From an uncultured bacterium (lineage in GTDB: Bacteria; Acidobacteriota; HRBIN11; JAKEFK01): a stretch of 64,000 nt of DNA. The notes below the pieces were generated by a model. It ran no database searches. It was not told the DNA's origin and saw only the letters and a program-made list of their open reading frames with translations. Of this stretch, positions 1 through 9,693 are shown piece after piece (positions within the stretch are counted from its first letter, which is position 1; each line of letters starts with the position of its first letter). Position numbers and translations under genes: made by a program. Location: contig CAVZQN010000001.1 in NCBI GenBank assembly GCA_963777505.1, positions 512,001 through 576,000 on the forward strand, in the 5' to 3' direction.

Positions 1-1391
1 TGGGAGACGCTCATCGATCGTCCGCGTATGGGAGCTCCTGCAAGAGCAAGTACTACATTCGTTCCAATTGTTCGCAAAAACGTACTTTTACCTGACATAT
101 TTGAGCCGCTCAGAATTAGGATTGATGAAGTATTGCCTAAGGAAAAATCGTTTCGGACGCAGCGATTTCGCGGTAATAATGGATGTCCTGCTTCTTCGAC
201 TTTCAGCACAGGTGTTTCTTCGGTAATTTCAGGAAATGGGTCTTCGGGATGTTCGTAGGAATAGCAAGAAATCGACAAGAGTGCTTCCATTTCACCGATT
301 GAATCGATCCAGCTGCGAACAAGATGTCCATTCATACGCCGCCATTCGTCCACGGCGAAGCCAATCTGTGTCCGCCACAACAAAAGACCTGCGAAGGTGG
401 CGAAATATGGATTGCGTCCCCAATCATAAAATTCAATCAGGCGATTCAATCGACCGATCCGGCGGGATGGCAATTCCCCTTCCGCTGATACCTTGGCCCT
501 CCAATTTCGGAGTAATTTTGATTCGAAGGATTCTTTTTCAATCCGCGCGAGAATTCCAGACAACAATCGTAATTCCTTCCCTGCCCGTTCCAGCCCAATT
601 AATGATTCCTTAATTCTTTTCCGGAAGATGGAAGCAAAAATAGCTTCCGCAAAAATCGCAAGAATGAAAAAGAGAGGTCCCGTTTTGAAAGCAATCCACG
701 CTATGAGTGAAACGAGAGTCAGAATTGTAAGACCCAGACCGATTTTTGCGCCGGCTTGCGGCAATCTCGATAAAGTTTGCTCTGCCCATCGAATAACGAA
801 ATCGATAGAAGTCGCCTGGCGGGCGGGTCTTAGACTTGCCCCTACTTCAACGATTGCCAGATCTTCGCGGAGGATAACACGATCCCGCAATTCACTAACT
901 GCTTCTTGACGATCCCGCACAACGTCTCTAGATGCCGCCGTTAAAAGCCATTGCGCAAGAGTATCAATTCCTGAAAGTGTTCTTGCAGTGCAAAGAAGCT
1001 GAAATAAAGATTTCGCACCAAATAAATCCAGGTCCCATGCATACAGATGATTTGAATTCACCTTTACATCGTAAACGGGATCATCTCGTTCCATCCACGT
1101 ATCTTCAATCCGGCTCAATCCACGTTCATAAAACTTAATCGCTAGCGAAGCCTGATCACGAAGCCGCAAAATACGATCGTGTTTAACAACAAGGACAAAA
1201 AACAGAATTGCGGGCAACAGCAGCCATACTGCCGAAAAAAGCGATGCGCCGGCAGATAATCCGAACAAAATTACACCTGAGATAAAAACAATCAATCTTG
1301 CAATTGAAAAAAGTCGTTCTTGAAATTTATAACGATTCAGAACAGTTCCCCAATTTTGAAGACGGGATTGATATTCAGTTGAAGGGTGCAT
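1..1391 (-). CDS. MutS-related membrane-associated ATPase (MutS domain V family), 3' end truncated by window edge
   Basis: Absent from ORF track; translated by hand from ATG at 1391: MHPSTEYQSRL..., HLYAWDLDLFGAKSLFQLLCTART, TM segments, GHPLL, Walker A LILSGSNMSGKSTFLRTIGTNVVLALAGAP. Confidence 0.85.
   Translation of the reverse strand, partial: MHPSTEYQSRLQNWGTVLNRYKFQERLFSIARLIVFISGVILFGLSAGASLFSAVWLLLPAILFFVLVVKHDRILRLRDQASLAIKFYERGLSRIEDTWMERDDPVYDVKVNSNHLYAWDLDLFGAKSLFQLLCTARTLSGIDTLAQWLLTAASRDVVRDRQEAVSELRDRVILREDLAIVEVGASLRPARQATSIDFVIRWAEQTLSRLPQAGAKIGLGLTILTLVSLIAWIAFKTGPLFFILAIFAEAIFASIFRKRIKESLIGLERAGKELRLLSGILARIEKESFESKLLRNWRAKVSAEGELPSRRIGRLNRLIEFYDWGRNPYFATFAGLLLWRTQIGFAVDEWRRMNGHLVRSWIDSIGEMEALLSISCYSYEHPEDPFPEITEETPVLKVEEAGHPLLPRNRCVRNDFSLGNTSSILILSGSNMSGKSTFLRTIGTNVVLALAGAPIRGRSMSVS
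821..845 (-). repeat. GTAG-type REP palindrome inside the MutS-like CDS
   Basis: Minus strand GTAGGGGCAAGTCTAAGACCCGCCC; 23/25 identical to the REP at 5365-5389. Confidence 0.8.
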
Positions 1392-1399
1392 GATTTTTT

Positions 1400-1417
1400 A
1401 ACCGCAAAGGAGCAAAG
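1400..1417 (+). repeat. 18-bp junction repeat, copy 1
   Basis: AACCGCAAAGGAGCAAAG between ankyrin stop and MutS-like start. Confidence 0.7.
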
Positions 1418-1418
1418 T

Positions 1419-2276
1419 CTATTTCAGAAGTTGAGCAATCACCAGGTTGCCTTCTTTTTCAGCAATAAAAGCAGCTGTGGAGCCATCATCGCTTCGAATC
1501 GCCGGGTCAGCACCTGACTTTAACAGAAAGCGGACAACATCCTCCCGATTGTTTTGGGCTGCAATCATCAGACATGTCCAACCTTTTTGATGTTTTAAGT
1601 TTACGTTAGCGCCTGAGTCAATTAACAGTTTTATGATTTCTAAATTGCCCGCAAGAGAAGCCTCACTGAGTGCGCTCCATCCATCGCCATCAACATAATT
1701 CACATCGGCTTTATCTTCTAACATCCTTTTAACCATCCATGCATCACCTGAAGCAGCCGATAGAATCATGCGGGTTTCTTTGATCCCTTTCACACCTGCT
1801 TCTTCAAACGCTTGCACCAATTCAGCATGACCATTGATCATTGCAATTTCCCAAGCTGGACCTGCAACAGGATCGCGATACTGAGGATCTGCGCCTGCTT
1901 TTAACAGAGCTCGAACTATTTCCGCCTTCCTCTTCAAATGCTTTTGCAGATGCTCATAAGGACCTAATGTGACAGCCTTTAAAAGTGCCGTCCCGTGATT
2001 TTTATCCTTTGCATTCACATCTGCATTTGCTTCAATCAACAGACGTACCATTTCAGCATGCCCATAGTATGCACCGGCCATGAGTGCGGTCCATGCGGTC
2101 ATTGGATGGCGGACATTCACATCAACTCCGCTTTTTAGAAGTGTTTGAATTTCGGAGATATCCCCTTCTGTGGCGGCTTTCAAAAATGCTTCCGCTGAAT
2201 CAGAATTTCTCTCTTTAGCATGAAGCGATTGCAGAATGAACACTGCGCAAAGAAAAAACAGCAGAACTTTCTTCAT
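1419..2276 (-). CDS. Exported ankyrin-repeat protein
   Basis: Signal peptide MKKVLLFFLCAVFILQSLHA; multiple GxTALxxA...GADVN ankyrin repeats. Confidence 0.9.
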   Translation of the reverse strand: MKKVLLFFLCAVFILQSLHAKERNSDSAEAFLKAATEGDISEIQTLLKSGVDVNVRHPMTAWTALMAGAYYGHAEMVRLLIEANADVNAKDKNHGTALLKAVTLGPYEHLQKHLKRKAEIVRALLKAGADPQYRDPVAGPAWEIAMINGHAELVQAFEEAGVKGIKETRMILSAASGDAWMVKRMLEDKADVNYVDGDGWSALSEASLAGNLEIIKLLIDSGANVNLKHQKGWTCLMIAAQNNREDVVRFLLKSGADPAIRSDDGSTAAFIAEKEGNLVIAQLLK

Positions 2277-3040
2277 TAACTATACTTTTCAGCAGTCAGA
2301 ATAATCTTTGCAAACGGATCGGCTTTTAGACTTGCTCCGCCAACGAGCGCGCCATCAATTTCCTCTTCGCGGATAAAACTATCTATGTTTTCTGCATTTA
2401 CGCTTCCACCATATTGAATCCGGATTGCCTGAGCCGTGTTTGCGTCAAACAAAGTTGCCAGCGTGTTTCGAATCATTGTATGGACTTCTACTGCATCGTG
2501 AGGAGTTGCAGCTTTTCCAGTACCGATTGCCCATACTGGCTCATAAGCAATCGTAAATTTCAAAGCCTGATCCAGAGTAAAACCATGCAGACTCTGTTTT
2601 ATCTGCTGCTCAACAATTTGTAGGGCCATTCCCCCTTCACGTTGCTGCAATGTCTCTCCAACACAGACAATTGGAAAAAGATTATGACGTAAAGTAGCTG
2701 TAATCTTGCGGTTCACATCTTCATCAGTTTCCTTAAAGTACTGACGGCGCTCAGAGTGCCCTAAAATAACATAGCGGCATCCCATGTCGTTCAACATTCC
2801 GGCAGAAATTTCACCTGTATATGCGCCCTGATCTTCCCAAAAACAATTTTGCGCACCAAGCTCAATCTTTTTCTCTTTCAACATCTCAGCAGCTACATTT
2901 AAAACTGTGAAAGGTGGAGCAATCATCATCGTAGTTTTTGATATTGATGCAGTTGCATCCAAGAGAGCGTTGATCAGATCACGCGTCTGTTGAATGTTAC
3001 AATTCATTTTCCAGTTGCCGGCTATAAATTTATTTCTCAT
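2276..3040 (-). CDS. tpiA: Triosephosphate isomerase
   Basis: AGNWKMN, GHSERR, AYEPVWAIGTG, YGGSV, GALVGGASL. Confidence 0.98.
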   Translation of the reverse strand: MRNKFIAGNWKMNCNIQQTRDLINALLDATASISKTTMMIAPPFTVLNVAAEMLKEKKIELGAQNCFWEDQGAYTGEISAGMLNDMGCRYVILGHSERRQYFKETDEDVNRKITATLRHNLFPIVCVGETLQQREGGMALQIVEQQIKQSLHGFTLDQALKFTIAYEPVWAIGTGKAATPHDAVEVHTMIRNTLATLFDANTAQAIRIQYGGSVNAENIDSFIREEEIDGALVGGASLKADPFAKIILTAEKYS

Positions 3041-4220
3041 TTATTTATCCGTTAACACTGCAATACCAGGAAGCTCTTTCCCAGCAAGAAATTCTAAACT
3101 TGCGCCGCCGCCCGTTGAGATATGAGTCATCTTATCTGCGACTCCGGCTTTTTCAACAGCAGATACTGAATCGCCGCCACCAATCACGGTTGTTGCTTTG
3201 CCAGAAAGTGAAGCAAGTGTGATTGCAATTGCATTGGTTCCAGCCAGCAAATGCGCCAACCTCAAAAAGGCCCATCGGACCGTTCCACAAAACGGTCTTC
3301 GCATTTTGTAATTCCTTGGAGTAAGTCTCGCGAGTCACAGGACCAATATCCAGACCCATCCAGCCTCCAAAATCATTTCCTGTTGCAACAATTCGTGTAG
3401 TCATACCCTCTTTCGGTTCTGGCGCCAGCACGTGATCTTGCGGCAACATGATTTCTCCGGAACTATAGAGCTCAGTTGCAAGTCCAAGTTTATCTTCTTC
3501 ACACAACGACTTTCCAATATCAACGCCTTGAGCTTTCAAAAATGTATATGCCATTGCGCCGCCAATCAAAAGACGATCCACTTTTGAAAGCAGTGATTGA
3601 ATGACTTCGATCTTATCGCTGATTTTTGCACCGCCAAGAACTGCAACATAAGGCTTATCGGGATTCTTCAAAAGTTTTCCCAAATACTTCAGTTCTTTTT
3701 CAATCAAGAAGCCGGCAGCACGTTTTTCAAAGTGTTGAGCCATTGCGACTACAGAAGCATCCGCGCGGTGAGCAGTTCCAAAAGCATCACTGCAATAACG
3801 TTCTGCAAGACTGGCAAGTGCTTTTGCGAATTCTGGATCACCTTTCTTCTCGCCTGGATGAAATCTCAAATTCTCCAACAAAAGAACTTCACCTTGCTGA
3901 AGATTGGAAGAGGCTCCTTGCGCTTCCGGTCCAACAATATCTGACGCAAATTTGATTTGCTTTCCAAGAAGTTCGCTCAACCGTTTTACTACAGGCTTCA
4001 AGCTGTATTTTTCTTCAGGCTTGTCTTTGGGTCTTCCAAGGTGTGACCCAAGAATGACTTTTCCACCTTGCTTTATGGCAAATTGAATCGTGGGAACTGC
4101 GGCGCGGATTCTTGTATCGTCTTCGATTTCATTGCGGTCATTTAATGGAACATTGAAGTCAACCCGAATGAAGACACGCTTGTTGTTTATATCGAGATCT
4201 TGAATCGTTAATTTGTTCAT
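3041..4220 (-). CDS. pgk: Phosphoglycerate kinase (apparent 1-base indel near 3245)
   Basis: [31 protein letters not shown] in one ORF; [21 protein letters not shown] in the 3041..3304 ORF. Confidence 0.95.
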
Positions 4221-5220
4221 AATGATTTGCCACCAATTTTATTAAATCTTTTACACGGCAGGAATATCCCCATTCATTGTCATACCATGCAAGCACTTTC
4301 GCCAGCGTTCCATTCAGAACGGCCGTATATGGACCATCGATTACGGATGAATACGGATTTCCACGATAATCAATGGAAACCAGTGGTTCTTCCGTATACG
4401 ACAGTATACCTTTCATCTCCGTTGCTGCCGCATTCTGAAACGCAGAATTAATTTCCTGAGCCGTTGTACTGTGATTCAGTTGAACAACGACATCTGTTAA
4501 AGATACGTTTGGCGTTGGAACACGCACCGAAATGCCATCAAGTTTTCCACGTAATTCAGGCAAAACCTCTCCTACACCCAGGATCGCCCCCGTGGTTGTT
4601 GGCACCATCGACAGCGTGGCCGCTCTTGCACGACGCAAATCAGTATGTGGCAAGTCAAGGAGTCGTTGATCGTTTGTATAAGAATGCACGGTTGTCATGA
4701 ATCCGTGAAGAATTCCAAAATGATCATTCAAAACTTTCGCAATTGTCGCAAGAGAGTTTGTAGTGCAAGAACTATTCGAAATAATGTGATGCTTTGAAGG
4801 ATCATATAACTCCTGGTTCACTCCCAAACAAATCGTGACATCGGCTCCCTTGGCCGGAGCAGTAACAATAACTTTTTTTGCGCCACCCTCAAGATGCTTC
4901 ATTACGTCTCTGCTGTTCGTGAAGTGACCGGTGCTTTCGATAACCAGATCTACTTTCAAATCGTCCCATGGAATGTTTGCCGGATCTTTTTCAGTGAAAA
5001 TCTGAACTTGATTACTGCCGATTTGGATAGCCTTGCTTGTCGCTATGATATCGATATTCAAACTTCCATGGACCGAATCATATTTAAAAAGATGCGCCAG
5101 AGTTTTGGCGTCTGTAACATCATTGATTGCGACAAAATCAAAATCACTTTCGTTAAGCGATGCACGTAAAATGCTGCGCCCGATCCGTCCAAAACCGTTA
5201 ATTCCAATCCGAATACTCAT
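4159..5220 (-). CDS. gap: Type I glyceraldehyde-3-phosphate dehydrogenase (true end probably near 4217)
   Basis: GINGFGRIGR, NSSCTTN, RVPTPNVS, WYDNEWGY; the 62-bp overlap with pgk is probably caused by a missing base. Confidence 0.97.
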   Translation of the reverse strand: MSIRIGINGFGRIGRSILRASLNESDFDFVAINDVTDAKTLAHLFKYDSVHGSLNIDIIATSKAIQIGSNQVQIFTEKDPANIPWDDLKVDLVIESTGHFTNSRDVMKHLEGGAKKVIVTAPAKGADVTICLGVNQELYDPSKHHIISNSSCTTNSLATIAKVLNDHFGILHGFMTTVHSYTNDQRLLDLPHTDLRRARAATLSMVPTTTGAILGVGEVLPELRGKLDGISVRVPTPNVSLTDVVVQLNHSTTAQEINSAFQNAAATEMKGILSYTEEPLVSIDYRGNPYSSVIDGPYTAVLNGTLAKVLAWYDNEWGYSCRVKDLIKLVANHYEQINDSRSRYKQQACLHSG

Positions 5221-5313
5221 ACTGCCTCCGAAACATCAAGAGCCAGTATAGAAATGGACTCCGTTGCAGTAAACGCACAGTTACCTTCATTCATTGCCAA
5301 CACAGAATTGTTT

Positions 5314-5389
5314 GTAGGGGCGGCTCTAAGAGCCGCCCGCATTTTAGGTGAAACAAACAACAACGGGCGGGTCTTAGACCCGCCCCTAC
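5314..5389. repeat. REP doublet (REPIN-like): two inverted 25-bp GTAG palindromes
   Basis: GTAGGGGCGGCTCTAAGAGCCGCCC (5314-5338) and GGGCGGGTCTTAGACCCGCCCCTAC (5365-5389). Confidence 0.85.
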
Positions 5390-5410
5390 AATTAGCGGTA
5401 AAATAACAGT

Positions 5411-6340
5411 ATGTCTACAGCATTACTATTCGACGATATCTATCTCAAACACAATGCCGGAATCCAACATCCTGAAAATCCTCAGCGGTTGCAGGCCATT
5501 CTAAGTGGACTAAAAAAAACAGGTTTGTGGGAACGCCTCGTTCACATTAACCCGTCAGCCGCTTCTGAAGATCAAATTCTGCTTTGCCATACACGCAAAC
5601 ACTTAGAATTTATTCGAGCCGCATCCCTTCGAGGCTCGTATCAAATCGATCCGGATACTCATGTTTCTTCGGAATCATTTGATGCCGCAATGGTTGCAGC
5701 AGGCGCAGCGGTTCGTGCTGTTGATGGAATTATTGCAAAGGAATTCTCAAACGCATTTGCAGTGGTTCGGCCTCCAGGTCATCATGCAACACCGGACCGA
5801 GCTATGGGATTTTGTCTTTTTAACAACATCGCCATTGCTGCAAGATGGCTGATCCAACATCATAAATTAAAACGGGTACTCATTATGGATTGGGATGTGC
5901 ATCATGGAAATGGCACTCAGGATATTTTTTGGAGTGATCCCGCTGTCATCTATATTTCGTTGCATCGAAAATATCACTATCCCGGAACAGGCTGGGAACA
6001 GGAAAGCGGCACCGGAACAGCTGAAGGAACGAAAATCAATTTACCGATCGATAAGCCATCACGATATATGGAATTTTTCCAGGCTGCACTTGAGCGAGCT
6101 GAGAAATTCGAGCCTGAATTTATTCTGATTTCTTGCGGATTTGATGCACACGAAAATGATCCGCTTGGAAACTTAGAATTGAAAAATGAAAATTATGCTG
6201 AAATGACGCGCTTGATGTTTAAATTCGCTAAGAAATTCGGACATCAGAGAGTTTTTTCAATTCTTGAAGGTGGCTATGATTATGACGCTCTTGCTAATGC
6301 AGGCGCAGCACATGTTCAAGTCTTGATGGAACATTCATGA
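5411..6340 (+). CDS. Histone deacetylase family protein (Zn-dependent deacylase)
   Basis: HPENPQRL, RPPGHHA, GFCLFNN, DWDVHHGNGTQ, GFDAH, LEGGY. Confidence 0.95.
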   Translation: MSTALLFDDIYLKHNAGIQHPENPQRLQAILSGLKKTGLWERLVHINPSAASEDQILLCHTRKHLEFIRAASLRGSYQIDPDTHVSSESFDAAMVAAGAAVRAVDGIIAKEFSNAFAVVRPPGHHATPDRAMGFCLFNNIAIAARWLIQHHKLKRVLIMDWDVHHGNGTQDIFWSDPAVIYISLHRKYHYPGTGWEQESGTGTAEGTKINLPIDKPSRYMEFFQAALERAEKFEPEFILISCGFDAHENDPLGNLELKNENYAEMTRLMFKFAKKFGHQRVFSILEGGYDYDALANAGAAHVQVLMEHS

Positions 6341-6894
6341 AATTTCCCGCCAGAATATTTGTGATACTTTTACTATTCCCTATCGCGTGCGCAGGAGCGC
6401 GTATGCAAGCAGAAAATTCAGGATTGCCTAAAGAATACTTTCCCTTGAAGACAGGTTTGTATTGGAAGTACCGCTATAGCGGAATGCCACGGCAGCCAGT
6501 AGACGTCGAAATAAGAATTGGTGAAGAGAAAGAAATCAATGGCAAACGCTATTTCCGTTTTTCCACCTGGTTTTTCCTGGTACGAAGTGTTCCATCCGGA
6601 GAAGTCTGGGTAAGCTGGCATGATGGAAGTATTTATGTGTATGACGGCAAAACTGAAATTCGATTGATTGGAAACGGCATCGAACAAGCAGAAATGAAAA
6701 AGAATGATCCAGCAACTCCAGTAGAGATTGAGTCAGGAAAGTTTACCGATGTTGTTCTATTTCAGGATTGCATTGGATGTGCCGATTCAGGCGGCCAATA
6801 TTATTTTGCGCGAGAGAAAGGAATCGTTCTTGTAACAATGAGTGCCATTTGGGGCGCCGCAAAATATGAACTCGTCGAAACGAATGCTCCTTAA
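6337..6894 (+). CDS. Hypothetical lipoprotein
   Basis: Hydrophobic N-terminus with PIAC lipobox; YFPL..G..W.Y and YFARxxGIV beta-rich motifs; ATGA overlap with HDAC gene. Confidence 0.7.
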   Translation: MKFPARIFVILLLFPIACAGARMQAENSGLPKEYFPLKTGLYWKYRYSGMPRQPVDVEIRIGEEKEINGKRYFRFSTWFFLVRSVPSGEVWVSWHDGSIYVYDGKTEIRLIGNGIEQAEMKKNDPATPVEIESGKFTDVVLFQDCIGCADSGGQYYFAREKGIVLVTMSAIWGAAKYELVETNAP

Positions 6895-7690
6895 GACTAC
6901 GCTTGATTCTCTGTATAACGAATACAGAGAGGCGTACATGGGAAGTCCGCAAACTTTTTTCGAACAACGGCGCGATCCTTTGCTCTTTCCTCATCGTTAT
7001 CGCTCATTCCATGATCAGGAACTTGCTGCATTTTTGGCAGCAACCTTTGCTTATGGAAATGTGACAAGCCTTTGCAATTTTGTACAACGGCTACTCGCTG
7101 GTATGGGCGATGCGCCTGCTGCATTTTTGAAGCGCCGGGATGGGCTGGATAAGCTGAAAAAACAGAAGCTCTATTACAGACTTCACAAACAGGACGAGAT
7201 CTTATCGTTGCTTCGAATGCTTTCGCTTGTTTATCGTAATCATGGTTCACTGTATGAAGTATTTCTACCGTACTATAACTGTAGTACTATACAAATTGCG
7301 GCATCAGGATTTACATCCAGGCTGCGGGAAATATCAGGAGAGTCGCATTCATTTCTGATTCCTGATCCTGCTTCAGGCAGCCCTTGTAAACGATTGAACC
7401 TATTTCTGCGTTGGATGGTACGCCGCGATGGATTGGATCTAGGACTGTGGGAAAAAGTGTCCCCCGCTCATTTGGTCATGCCTCTTGATACCCACATCGG
7501 CCGTGTTGCTTTCAATCTGCGGTGGATTTCTACTCGTTCTTTAAGTTGGAAAAAAGCGGAAGCCATTACTGATGTGTTACGGAAATTTGATCCGGATGAT
7601 CCGGTACGATACGACTTTTCGTTGTGTCATGAATCGATGTCAAAAAGCGTTTTGCTGAAGGATCTCACCGCTGAGACGCAAAGAGTCTAA
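6884..7690 (+). CDS. TIGR02757/DUF2400 family protein (HhH-GPD-like)
   Basis: DPLLFPHRY, FAYGNV, SPCKRLNLFLRWMVR, PLDTHI, DPDDPVRYDFSL; start moved to ATG 6884. Confidence 0.9.
   Translation: MLLKTTLDSLYNEYREAYMGSPQTFFEQRRDPLLFPHRYRSFHDQELAAFLAATFAYGNVTSLCNFVQRLLAGMGDAPAAFLKRRDGLDKLKKQKLYYRLHKQDEILSLLRMLSLVYRNHGSLYEVFLPYYNCSTIQIAASGFTSRLREISGESHSFLIPDPASGSPCKRLNLFLRWMVRRDGLDLGLWEKVSPAHLVMPLDTHIGRVAFNLRWISTRSLSWKKAEAITDVLRKFDPDDPVRYDFSLCHESMSKSVLLKDLTAETQRV
7666..7683 (+). repeat. 18-bp junction repeat, copy 2
   Basis: CACCGCTGAGACGCAAAG at convergent gene ends. Confidence 0.7.
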
Positions 7691-8529
7691 TATTCGTAGA
7701 AGCCGCGTTTTGATTTACGGCCAAGATGGCCTGCATCCACCATCTTCTTCAACAACGGACAAGGTCTATATTTCGAATCCGAAAAGCCTTCATACAATAC
7801 GTTCATGATGGCCAGACAAACATCCAGACCGATAAAATCCGCAAGTTCCAGCGGTCCCATCGGATGATTCATCCCAAGCTTCATGACCTGATCGATGGAT
7901 TCGCGAGTTCCAACGCCTTCCCAAAGTGCAAAAATTGCTTCATTAATCATCGGCATCAACACTCGATTCGATACAAACCCCGGATAATCATTGACCTCAA
8001 CCGGGCTCTTACCAAGTTCGCGAGCCAGCGATTCCGTGATCGAATACGTTTCATTGCTCGTTTGATGCCCACGAATCACTTCAACAAGCGGCATCAATGG
8101 CACCGGATTCATGAAATGCATACCGATGCATTTTTCCGGTCTGCCTGTAACCGCTGCGATTTTTGTAATTGAAATCGATGAAGTATTGGATGCCAAAATG
8201 GTTGAAGCTGCTGTGATCTTATCCAGATCCCTGAAAATCAAAGCCTTACCATCGAAATCCTCGATGATTGCTTCGACTACAAATTCTGCTTCAGCCAGTT
8301 CATTCAAAGATTCAGTCCATCGGATACGACTGATGGAATGCTGAGCTTCATCCTGTGTTAGCTGTTTTTTCTCAACCCGTTTTTGAATTAACTTGGCAAT
8401 TTTAGTGATCGCATTTTCTCGCGCAGGCACAAAGCTTTCGAAGGCGAGGACTTCAAATCCTTTTTCTGCAAAGGTCTGAATAATTCCGGAACCCATGGTC
8501 CCGGCACCAACCACACCGATTTTTTTCAT
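7687..8529 (-). CDS. hbd: 3-hydroxybutyryl-CoA dehydrogenase
   Basis: GAGTMGSGI, SNTSSISI, GMHFMNPVP, HPMGPLELADFIGLD. Confidence 0.93.
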   Translation of the reverse strand: MKKIGVVGAGTMGSGIIQTFAEKGFEVLAFESFVPARENAITKIAKLIQKRVEKKQLTQDEAQHSISRIRWTESLNELAEAEFVVEAIIEDFDGKALIFRDLDKITAASTILASNTSSISITKIAAVTGRPEKCIGMHFMNPVPLMPLVEVIRGHQTSNETYSITESLARELGKSPVEVNDYPGFVSNRVLMPMINEAIFALWEGVGTRESIDQVMKLGMNHPMGPLELADFIGLDVCLAIMNVLYEGFSDSKYRPCPLLKKMVDAGHLGRKSKRGFYEY

Positions 8530-8544
8530 TGCTTTTTTAGGAGG

Positions 8545-9648
8545 TTAGCTTACCGATTGTAAGTTGCGGTAAAGCGTATCACGTTCAACAGGTTCACAGC
8601 CTGCTTCTTTGATCATGCGGATCAAATCAGATCGAGTGATTGCTTGTGGTGTTTTTGCACCAGCCGCATGCGTAATCCGTTCTTCAGCAACTGTGCCATC
8701 AATATCATCAGCACCAAAACGGAGAGCCATCTGCGCGATTTTTGGTCCGACCATGATCCAGTACGACTTAATATGCGGAAAGTTATCCAGCAAAAGTCTG
8801 GAGATTGCAATATTTTTCAAATCATCAAAGCCTGTTGTTTCTGGAAGATACTCCAACGGAGTATTCGCTGAATGAAATGCAAGGGGAATGAAAGTCTTAA
8901 AACCGCGTGTTTCATCTTGCAGTTCGCGCAATGAGATTAAATGATCAACACGCTCTTCAAATGTTTCAACATGTCCATACAGCATCGTTGCATTGGAGTG
9001 AATCCCCATTCGATGTGCAACGCGCACGACATCGAGCCATTCCTGGCCCGAAATTTTTCCTTTCGCAACCAGATTGCGTGGACGTTCCGCAAAAATTTCA
9101 GCTCCGCCTCCTGGCATGCTGTCAAGTCCCGCTTCAACCAGCTGACGTAAAGTTTCCTCAATGCTTATTTTTTCAAGCTTCGCAAAAAAATCGACTTCAA
9201 CAGCGGTGAATGCCTTTAAGTGAATTTGCGGAAGCCTCTCTTTGAGGCCTTTCAGCATATCCAGATAAAACTGAAATGGCAGATCCGGATGCAAACCGCC
9301 TACAATGTGAAACTCTGTTGCGCCTTCCTGTGCTCCTTCTTCAGCCCTGCGATAAATTTCATCAAGTGACATGGTATAGGCTTCTTTGGAACGAACATTC
9401 TTCGCAAAGGCACAAAGCCCGCACTTCAAAACGCAAACATTTGTCGGCTCAATGTGGCGATTCACATTAAAAAATGCTTTATTTCCGTGAAGTTTTTCGC
9501 GGACATAATTGGCAAGTGAACCAATTGCGAGTAATTCGTTCGAATGGTAAAGCCTGATTCCATCTTCACGATTTAGACGTTTTCCGGAATAGACTTTTTC
9601 GGCAATATCTGAGAGTTCGGTTTTCTGGATGTATGCTTCTGCAATCAT
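8545..9648 (-). CDS. mqnE: Aminofutalosine synthase (radical SAM)
   Basis: NRHIEPTNVCVLKCGLCAF (CxxxCxxC), HIVGGLHP, PGGGAEIF, NATMLYGHVE, FGADDIDGT. Confidence 0.9.
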   Translation of the reverse strand: MIAEAYIQKTELSDIAEKVYSGKRLNREDGIRLYHSNELLAIGSLANYVREKLHGNKAFFNVNRHIEPTNVCVLKCGLCAFAKNVRSKEAYTMSLDEIYRRAEEGAQEGATEFHIVGGLHPDLPFQFYLDMLKGLKERLPQIHLKAFTAVEVDFFAKLEKISIEETLRQLVEAGLDSMPGGGAEIFAERPRNLVAKGKISGQEWLDVVRVAHRMGIHSNATMLYGHVETFEERVDHLISLRELQDETRGFKTFIPLAFHSANTPLEYLPETTGFDDLKNIAISRLLLDNFPHIKSYWIMVGPKIAQMALRFGADDIDGTVAEERITHAAGAKTPQAITRSDLIRMIKEAGCEPVERDTLYRNLQSVS

Positions 9649-9693
9649 AAATTGCTAATTATAAAACCACGCGCGCTGGCAGTCCAACAAAAC

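Noticed and set aside
28-1138. Plus-strand ORFs 28..258, 236..613, 493..909 and 932..1138
   Set aside because: Antisense shadows of the minus-strand MutS-like gene, which the track missed because it runs off the window edge.
3230-3260. Programmed frameshift or pgk-tpi fusion as in Thermotoga
   Set aside because: The break is inside pgk, there is no slippery site, pgk has its own stop before tpiA, and similar indels occur across the window.
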